Assembly: GCA_002422865.1 (NCBI GenBank)
Contig: DITN01000087.1
Span: forward strand, 25,084 to 89,083
Direction of reading: 5' to 3'
Length of the DNA stretch: 64,000 nt
DNA from: Bacteroidetes bacterium UBA6183
Lineage (GTDB): Bacteria > Bacteroidota > Bacteroidia > UKL13-3
The notes beneath the pieces are model-generated. The model saw only the letters and a list, made by a program, of their open reading frames with translations. It did not search any database and had not been told where the DNA came from. Position numbers and translations under genes: made by a program. Position 1 is the stretch's first letter; each line of letters starts with the position of its first letter. Below, piece after piece: positions 57,403 to 64,000 of this stretch.

Positions 57403-57951
57403 ATGATTAACAAATGTAAAAACGGGATAATAGAGCTAAAGAAAAGCACTCCACTTGAAAATTATTTATGGCTTATAAACAACAAGGCCGACCAAGATTA
57501 TAGTAGGCGTTTTAAACAATTTTTTGGCATGAATAGGCTGAAAAAAAATCAAAAGGAAAGGATTACTAAATTCATTTTAGGGGTTAAAAAATATGACTCA
57601 TTTGGTGAGTTAGTCCTATTGATGGATACAAGCAAGTATCAATTCTCTTTCGCTTCAAAAATCATGCACATGGCAGATACAAACTTACCCATCTATGATA
57701 GCCATATTGCAAATTCCATTCATTGGAAATTCCAAAACAGAAAATATAAACTCAATAAATGCCAAACCAATAAGGAAAAGGCAAATGAGCTAAACAGGTT
57801 GTGGGACGAGTTTCAAAAAACTTGGAATGAATATACTAAAAAGGACTCCAAACATTGTTGTGAGTTATTTGACAAAGCATTTCCTAGATACAAACATTTA
57901 AGCACAACTAAAAAAATTGATTTTATGTTGTGGGCAAACAGTAAAGCATAA
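57403..57951 (+). CDS. hypothetical protein
   Basis: 182-aa Lys-rich ORF in an AT-rich stretch with no recognised motif. Confidence 0.5.
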   Translation: MINKCKNGIIELKKSTPLENYLWLINNKADQDYSRRFKQFFGMNRLKKNQKERITKFILGVKKYDSFGELVLLMDTSKYQFSFASKIMHMADTNLPIYDSHIANSIHWKFQNRKYKLNKCQTNKEKANELNRLWDEFQKTWNEYTKKDSKHCCELFDKAFPRYKHLSTTKKIDFMLWANSKA

Positions 57952-57962
57952 ACCAAACTTTT

Positions 57963-60900
57963 ATGAAATATTTTTTTACCCTTTCCTTTTCCCTAATCTT
58001 AGCTTATTTCTCTAAGGCACAAAACCCATATCCAATTGTACCAATTGATTCCATTCAGTTTGTAAGTTCTGATAGGCTGGCAACAAGCGGAAATACTGCG
58101 CCTGATTACACCACCCCAATTTATAAAAATTTAACCTACGGAGATACGATAAGGGTTGAAGGCTTGGTCGTAACCAACCCTCTTGTTTATGGAAGTACAG
58201 CAAGAAAACAAGCATATATTCAAAGAATTAATGGTGGACATTGGTCTGGGGTTTGCATTGATGTTGTGGCTACAGGCACTGGTATGAGTTTAAATCAGTT
58301 TATCCAAGAGACTGGATTTTATGATAAATTCTTATTAAACAAAAAAGTAAGAGTTACTGGAGTATTACGAGAGTTGTCGGGAAATACGGCTATTTCACTA
58401 ATAAGAAATAATATTAATTGGTCTAATTCTGTTGAGTGGGTTCCTAGTAATGATACAATTGTAACTTGGAATGAGATAAGTTTACAAGATTTAATGCAAA
58501 AAAAAACTGCAGAAAAATGGGAAGGTGCACCCGTAATTATTAAAAATGTAAAAGTTAATAGCGTCAACAATACTTTAATTGGTAGTAATTGGTCTATAAG
58601 TGATGAGAACAATAATGTTGTAAGCATATCTACAATGTCTGCACATTTCAGAAGAGATGACAGAGAAGATACCATACCTAAAGTTTCAAATTCCTTTTAC
58701 GCCCCACCTGTCGGTACAAGACTAGAATATATTAGGGGTATTATAATTTCAGTCAATGATGTTTATACTATTGCACCACAATATTTAAGCGATTTCAAAA
58801 TTTGTGATACTCCTTGCGCATATATTAATATTTCAAGCCCATCATGTGCGTTTGAAAATAGTAACTTGAATATAAATATTAAAACAAATAATATTCAATC
58901 TGATACCGCGTATTTAGAGTATTCATTACAAAACAACTTCAGTTCTTTAGTAAAAACAGATACAATTGGCATTAATAGTGATAGCTCACAGCAAATTGTT
59001 TCTTTTATTAATTTACCATCTAATCAATATTTCATCAGAATTAGAACAAAGGTTCAAAATAAGATTAGCAATATTCACTCAATTGGAGTATCAGAGAATT
59101 TTAGTTTAAACTTTTTAGATACTACTATAGGCTTTAAAAAAGACAGTGTCATACTGAGCGGACCATTAGGTAGTTACAGTTATCTTTGGAGTATTGGAGA
59201 TAGTTCACGAAGTATTTCTGCCAAAATTAACGGTAAGTTAAAATTACAAGTAACAAACCATTATGGATGTATTAAAAATGACAGTACATATGTAATTTTG
59301 ATTGGTGGAATCAAACAGTACGATACAACTTTATGCATTCCAGCTAGTTTTAATCTAAGTGTCGATAAAAAAACATATTCTTTCCAAGAAAGCATAAACA
59401 ATAATATCAGTGGCTGGTGGCCATTCAATGGAAATGCTAACGATGAAAGTGGAAATGGGAATCACGGATTAGTTATGGGAGCAACTCTACAAAAGGATAG
59501 ATTTGGTGATAATAATAAATCTTATTATTTCAACTATAATGATGAAATCACAACAAACTTAAACTCTATTTATGGATCTCAACCAAGAACATTTTCTTTT
59601 TGGATGAAAAATCAAAACAAACAAAGAACAATTTCTCCTATTTGGTATGGGGGTAAAGATGACTCTATTTATGCTGGAGATCGGTTTAACATAGTCATGA
59701 ATCGAAATGAACAGTTTGAAGTATCACACGAAGGAGTTGGAATAACAGCATCATGGACCTATTTCTTATATCCATCAATAGTTGGTGATAATATTTGGCA
59801 TCATTATGTTTATGTGCTGGATTCATTAAATAATCGGTTTAGAGATTTAAGAATATATAGAGATGGTGAACTTATCTCACAAGGCAATTTCATCTATGAA
59901 TATATCGGGTCTAATTTTGGGGCAACACCTTCTGGAAATAATTTGGTAAATACTAGAAATTTTAACCCACTAAGATTTGGAAAATCTCAAGGAGATGGCA
60001 CCCAGTTTAGCTCTCAATATAGAGCACCAACTGAGTTTCTAGATGATATTGGTGTTTGGAATAATGCCTTGTCAAACGAACAAGTTAAAGGAATTTACAG
60101 GGGTTTTGTCAATGGAATTAAAACACAATGGTCAACAAACGACACAACACCCTCAATAACCGTTTTCCCAGCAAAAGATACCACCTTCTATTGTACCTTT
60201 ACCGTTGGGAGTTATACTTTTACTGATAGTGTAAAGGTTTATGTTAAAGGACTGCCTGACAAACAAGTGAGCTTCCCGAAATTAGGTTTATGTGATAAAG
60301 ATACGATTAACCTTACTGCTGCAAATGGGTACAATTACCAATGGTATAAAGAGTCACAAATGATAAGCAACAACAGAATTATTCACGTAAGTGAACCTGG
60401 CAGATACGTGGTTGTTTTAAGCGATAGCATTGGATGTGGTAATATGTCTGACGCAATTAATATCTTTAAAGCACCTACACTTAAAACCAATTTCACAGTT
60501 AATGATAGTGCTCAGTGTATACAAAACAACGTTTTTGTATTTTCCGACTCTACAAATTTAGATAGTGGAAACTACAATTTATCATGGCTATTCGAGCAAA
60601 ACAGCACATCAAACGCCTTTAACCCGAGTTATACTTATAAATCCGTAGGAAATAAATTGGTTAAACTTGTGGGGATATCTAATTATGGCTGCAAGGATAG
60701 TACTGTAAAAATGTTAACAGTTAATCCTAACCCTAATGTTGGTTTTATGTTGGGTGATAGTGTTGGTTTGGAAACCAGTAAACCATATGTATACTCAGTT
60801 GCACAACAATTAAATCATACATACAACTGGGATGTTACCAACGGAATAATTGTTAATGGCCAAGGTAGTAATGCTGCAACCATTCAATGGTTCAATAATG

Positions 60901-61253
60901 GAAAAGGTAAAATTAAGTTGAATTTAACAAATCCTTTTGGCTGTTCAGATTCAGCATTAAAAGAGGTTAGTATTGGTTCGGTGGGTATTAGTGATTTCAA
61001 TGTTTCAAACTCCTTTAGTATTGTACCAAACCCAAATAACGGAACATTTAATATTAGCTTAAACAGCTTTTCAAATGAAACAATAAACGTTAATATCTTA
61101 AATCCAATTGGTCAAATTGTTTGGACGGGGAAATACAATATTTCAAATGGCGACAACATTTTTACTATAAAAACATCACTGCCTAAAGGTGTTTATAATT
61201 TGGTTGTAGAAGGAAAGGATAATAAGAGTACTCATAAGATTACAATCTGGTAA
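57963..61253 (+). CDS. T9SS type-A sorting-domain protein with a LamG/concanavalin-like (Laminin_G_3) domain and PKD-like domains
   Basis: Signal peptide 'FTLSFSLILAYFSKAQ'. LamG signature '...DDIGVWNNALSNEQVKGIY'. The type-A C-terminal domain is 'SIVPNPNNGTFNISL...GVYNLVVEGKDNKSTHKITIW'. Confidence 0.85.
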   Translation: MKYFFTLSFSLILAYFSKAQNPYPIVPIDSIQFVSSDRLATSGNTAPDYTTPIYKNLTYGDTIRVEGLVVTNPLVYGSTARKQAYIQRINGGHWSGVCIDVVATGTGMSLNQFIQETGFYDKFLLNKKVRVTGVLRELSGNTAISLIRNNINWSNSVEWVPSNDTIVTWNEISLQDLMQKKTAEKWEGAPVIIKNVKVNSVNNTLIGSNWSISDENNNVVSISTMSAHFRRDDREDTIPKVSNSFYAPPVGTRLEYIRGIIISVNDVYTIAPQYLSDFKICDTPCAYINISSPSCAFENSNLNINIKTNNIQSDTAYLEYSLQNNFSSLVKTDTIGINSDSSQQIVSFINLPSNQYFIRIRTKVQNKISNIHSIGVSENFSLNFLDTTIGFKKDSVILSGPLGSYSYLWSIGDSSRSISAKINGKLKLQVTNHYGCIKNDSTYVILIGGIKQYDTTLCIPASFNLSVDKKTYSFQESINNNISGWWPFNGNANDESGNGNHGLVMGATLQKDRFGDNNKSYYFNYNDEITTNLNSIYGSQPRTFSFWMKNQNKQRTISPIWYGGKDDSIYAGDRFNIVMNRNEQFEVSHEGVGITASWTYFLYPSIVGDNIWHHYVYVLDSLNNRFRDLRIYRDGELISQGNFIYEYIGSNFGATPSGNNLVNTRNFNPLRFGKSQGDGTQFSSQYRAPTEFLDDIGVWNNALSNEQVKGIYRGFVNGIKTQWSTNDTTPSITVFPAKDTTFYCTFTVGSYTFTDSVKVYVKGLPDKQVSFPKLGLCDKDTINLTAANGYNYQWYKESQMISNNRIIHVSEPGRYVVVLSDSIGCGNMSDAINIFKAPTLKTNFTVNDSAQCIQNNVFVFSDSTNLDSGNYNLSWLFEQNSTSNAFNPSYTYKSVGNKLVKLVGISNYGCKDSTVKMLTVNPNPNVGFMLGDSVGLETSKPYVYSVAQQLNHTYNWDVTNGIIVNGQGSNAATIQWFNNGKGKIKLNLTNPFGCSDSALKEVSIGSVGISDFNVSNSFSIVPNPNNGTFNISLNSFSNETINVNILNPIGQIVWTGKYNISNGDNIFTIKTSLPKGVYNLVVEGKDNKSTHKITIW

Positions 61254-61269
61254 AATAACCCCACGAAAT

Positions 61270-61300
61270 AAAAGCTATCACTTGGTGGTAGCTTTTATTT
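61270..61300. terminator. bidirectional hairpin terminator
   Basis: Stem AAAGCTA/TAGCTTT with loop TCACTTGGTGG, followed by TATTTTAT. Confidence 0.55.
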
Positions 61301-61311
61301 TATCCCCTTCC

Positions 61312-62052
61312 CTACTTCATCCCCAACACCACTTTTAACCTGCTGTAACCGGTTTTGCTTAACGGCACCTTTGCACCAGTTTTTAGAAGCGCTAAGTGTA
61401 CGTCTTTTTCGGGTTGTTCTATTCGTGTTAGTTGATCTAGTTTTATGATGTATGAACGATGTACACGCACAAACTCATTGGGGTTTAAGCCTTGCTCAAA
61501 ACTACTCATGGTGCGCTTTTTCAAAAACATACCTTGTGTAGTATGCATTTTTACGTAATCATCATATGCTTCTAAATAAATAATATCATGAATAGGTATG
61601 ATGCGTATTTGGTTATGTGTTTTAACCACCACCCTGCTGTTTTCGTCAGCTGTGCGCTGTCTGTTTTCGGTTAATTGATCGTTTATATCACTTGGCGTAT
61701 TTCGTTTGCTTAACCACTTCTCAAATGCTTTGTCAAAACGTTCTTTGCTAAATGGTTTTAGTAGGTAATCTATTGCGTTGTTATCAAACGCTTTCATGGC
61801 AAACTCATCAAAAGCAGTAGTAAAAATAACAGCCGGTGGTGTTTCTATTAACTCAAGCATTTCAAACCCATTAATTTTAGGCATTTGTATGTCTAAAAAT
61901 ATCAGGTCGGGTTGATGTTGCATGATGGCTTTAACACCTTCAAAACCATCGTTACACTCTTGCAAAACCTCAACTTCGGGGTATTGTTGCAAGTATTCCT
62001 TAACAATTAATCTTGCCAGTGGTTCATCATCTATAATCACGCATTTAATCAT
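61312..62052 (-). CDS. LytTR-family response regulator
   Basis: 'MIKCVIIDDEPLARLIVKEYL...LIFLDIQMPKINGFEMLE' plus a LytTR C-terminal domain. Confidence 0.9.
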   Translation of the reverse strand: MIKCVIIDDEPLARLIVKEYLQQYPEVEVLQECNDGFEGVKAIMQHQPDLIFLDIQMPKINGFEMLELIETPPAVIFTTAFDEFAMKAFDNNAIDYLLKPFSKERFDKAFEKWLSKRNTPSDINDQLTENRQRTADENSRVVVKTHNQIRIIPIHDIIYLEAYDDYVKMHTTQGMFLKKRTMSSFEQGLNPNEFVRVHRSYIIKLDQLTRIEQPEKDVHLALLKTGAKVPLSKTGYSRLKVVLGMK

Positions 62053-63083
62053 ACGGTTTGTGGTATTTTAACTATGGTGGTAAACAAATTATGTTGGTGC
62101 GAAGTAGTAATTAAATCGTTTCGGGCAAACAACAAGTATAACCTACGTTGTACTGATGATAAACCAAAGCCCGCACCTTTTTTTGGTGATGATGTTTGAT
62201 CATCGAAAGGGTTGGTTACTGTAACAGTTAAGAACTGGGTATTGCAACTGCATATAATGCTTATGTTAACATCACCGGCCACATCATACAAACCAAATTT
62301 AATGGCGTTTTCTACCAATGGCTGAAGTATAAGTGGTGGAATTCTACATTTTAACACTTCGCTATCGGCCAAAATATTGGTACTTAACCTATGGCCAAAC
62401 CTTACTTTTTCAATATCTAAATACAGTTTAAGGTGGTTAATTTCATCAGAAAGTAAGATGGTTTCTTGTTCGTCTTTACGCAATGTTCCGCGCAAAAAAT
62501 CACTTAACTGATGAATCATTTTTCGGGCTTCTTCGGGCCTTGTGCCTACCAAAGCACTAATGCTGTTTAAGCTGTTAAACAAAAAATGTGGTTGTAATTG
62601 TTGGCGCAAACTAACCAACTCGGCTTCACGATTCAGTTTTTCGGCATCTAAAATGCGTTGTTGTTTCTTTTGTTCATCGCTAAATAAAAACCATAAAAAA
62701 ACAAAAACACTCATCAGTGTTATGTTTAACAAATTGTATACGCCCCTAATTAGTTTTGATGTATTTAAAAAGTTGATGTAAGCATCGTCATCAACATAAA
62801 TAGAACGCACAATAGCATTAAAGATTACAGTAATAATAATGGCTTGTAGTATAGCCCAGACCCTCGGGTAAACAAGGCTTTCGCGAATAGGTTTGTAGTA
62901 TCTTAAAATGTTGTACGTACCTACACCGGCCAGTAAAATAAGTATGTTGTTGATGGAGGCATCAACCAAAGCCTGCTTAACCGGAATGTTAAATGTAATG
63001 AGTATATACGCGTGTATTAAGGTAAAAATAGTACCAATGGTAATGTATATACGAACAAACCTGTTAAACGTAAAATCTTGCAT
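62049..63083 (-). CDS. LytS/YehU-type sensor histidine kinase (multi-TM plus His_kinase/HATPase)
   Basis: Five or six N-terminal transmembrane segments. 'LQPHFLFNSLNSISALV' is a PF06580 H-box. 'LVENAIKFGL' is an N-box. Confidence 0.88.
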   Translation of the reverse strand: MQDFTFNRFVRIYITIGTIFTLIHAYILITFNIPVKQALVDASINNILILLAGVGTYNILRYYKPIRESLVYPRVWAILQAIIITVIFNAIVRSIYVDDDAYINFLNTSKLIRGVYNLLNITLMSVFVFLWFLFSDEQKKQQRILDAEKLNREAELVSLRQQLQPHFLFNSLNSISALVGTRPEEARKMIHQLSDFLRGTLRKDEQETILLSDEINHLKLYLDIEKVRFGHRLSTNILADSEVLKCRIPPLILQPLVENAIKFGLYDVAGDVNISIICSCNTQFLTVTVTNPFDDQTSSPKKGAGFGLSSVQRRLYLLFARNDLITTSHQHNLFTTIVKIPQTV

Positions 63084-63091
63084 GTTGTGTG

Positions 63092-63448
63092 TTATGCCGA
63101 AACCAACTGTGGTTTGGTTTGCTGCTCAATTACTTGTGCACGGTGTTGCACAAAGTTAATATAAGTTTCGGCACTTTCTGTTTCGTGTATGCGCGAGTGT
63201 AACTCCATACCATCTTTTAACTCGTCAAGCTCTTTTAGTTCAAACACATCAACAAACTCCCAACGCACAGCATTTAGGTCTTCCGTCATAAATGCATCTT
63301 CTTCTCTACCGCCAATAAAACGGGCTTTAAAAAACGCTTCGTTTAGGCTTCTCGCTTCAATTAATCTTACTTGCTCGTCAAACTGCGGTGTGTGGTTTCC
63401 GTTGCCGGTAACTACTTTAAAAACAAGCTTTGTTATAAACCATTTCAT
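63092..63448 (-). CDS. hypothetical protein
   Basis: 118-aa ORF co-directional with the TCS module. Confidence 0.5.
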   Translation of the reverse strand: MKWFITKLVFKVVTGNGNHTPQFDEQVRLIEARSLNEAFFKARFIGGREEDAFMTEDLNAVRWEFVDVFELKELDELKDGMELHSRIHETESAETYINFVQHRAQVIEQQTKPQLVSA

Positions 63449-63476
63449 GGTATTAGGTAATTAGGTTTTTTATAGG

Positions 63477-64000
63477 TTAGTGACTTTTTATATCAATGCC
63501 ACCAAAAATGGTAACACCTTTAAGTACAAGTATTTTATCGCTATCAACGGTAATATCTTTCACGTCTCGTTTATCTTCAATGCCACCCAAAATGGCTACA
63601 TTTTCTGATTGTATTTCCCAATTGGATGGAACAATAAGCATGGTACCACCAAATATTTGAGTGATTTCTAAAATTACTTTACCGGTAAAATCAGCTTGGC
63701 TAAGGTTTATTTCGCAGCCGCCCATAATACAAGTTATTTCGCCACCTTTAAACTCTTTGGTAATAATGTTCTTTTTAACACCGCCCATAATAGATACGGT
63801 GTCTAACATGTTTTCGGTGCTCTGAGCCATGCTGTTTCTACGGCATCCTTCTCGCCAATTTTTCCAGCGTTCTTTACGTTTTCCGGCCGTGGTTACCATC
63901 ACCAAACCAACAAATATCACTACCGTAGGCCATAGGTATTGCTCTAAATGTGTTTCAGGAAAAACATCATCAACAATCAACACACCACCAATAAGCACCA
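63477..64000 (-). CDS. LiaF-like (DUF2154 toast-rack) domain membrane protein, 5' partial (continues past the window end)
   Basis: 'MGGCEINLSQADFTGKVILEITQIFGGTMLIVPSNWEIQSENVAILGGIEDKR' is a LiaF/DUF2154 C-terminal domain. An N-terminal TM is present. The frame is open to nt 64000. Confidence 0.7.
   Translation of the reverse strand, partial: VLIGGVLIVDDVFPETHLEQYLWPTVVIFVGLVMVTTAGKRKERWKNWREGCRRNSMAQSTENMLDTVSIMGGVKKNIITKEFKGGEITCIMGGCEINLSQADFTGKVILEITQIFGGTMLIVPSNWEIQSENVAILGGIEDKRDVKDITVDSDKILVLKGVTIFGGIDIKSH

Noticed and set aside
1-64000. Search for tRNA, rRNA and tmRNA genes
   Set aside because: There are no GTTCGAATC/T-loop-like acceptor-arm signatures in intergenic regions and no rRNA-like conserved blocks. 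Intergenic spaces are short apart from 9849-10420, which is treated separately as a candidate structured RNA.

Overview
This window looks like a chromosomal segment from a Bacteroidota genome. The sequence is AT-rich, and the coding content is typical of the phylum: T9SS type-A and type-B (gliding-motility-associated) C-terminal sorting domains, LytTR-type two-component systems, and a lipoprotein/TPR/M23 cluster. Housekeeping genes recognisable from conserved motifs are dxs, ispH, fabG, asd, recJ, dut, a glutathione peroxidase, a UspA and an enoyl-CoA hydratase. They are interspersed with accessory loci:

- A heavy-metal RND operon in which CzcA is fused in-frame to a TolC-like outer-membrane factor. 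It is followed by the membrane-fusion protein and preceded by a His-rich small protein and a GC-rich block of about 250 bp.
- A T9SS type-B giant-adhesin locus (1833 aa and about 1538 aa, both PKD-rich). It is organised around an ECF sigma factor and an anti-sigma-like protein that itself ends in a type-B sorting domain.
- Three LytTR response-regulator/sensor-kinase modules.
- A low-GC island of about 7 kb (roughly 47.6-54.6 kb). It carries a small acidic protein, an HhH-GPD (endonuclease III-like) gene split by a frameshift in an A7 run, and an 836-aa multidomain protein (FtsK-gamma-like winged helix, two transmembrane segments, split DUF1566/Lcl-like domain). It also carries a small tandem-repeat secreted protein and two divergent AAA-ATPase cassettes bounded by three copies of a palindrome-containing repeat of about 20-53 bp.

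I did not recognise any rRNA, tRNA, CRISPR array, transposase or integrase. All coordinates and calls come from reading the sequence and the ORF track only; no database search was possible.
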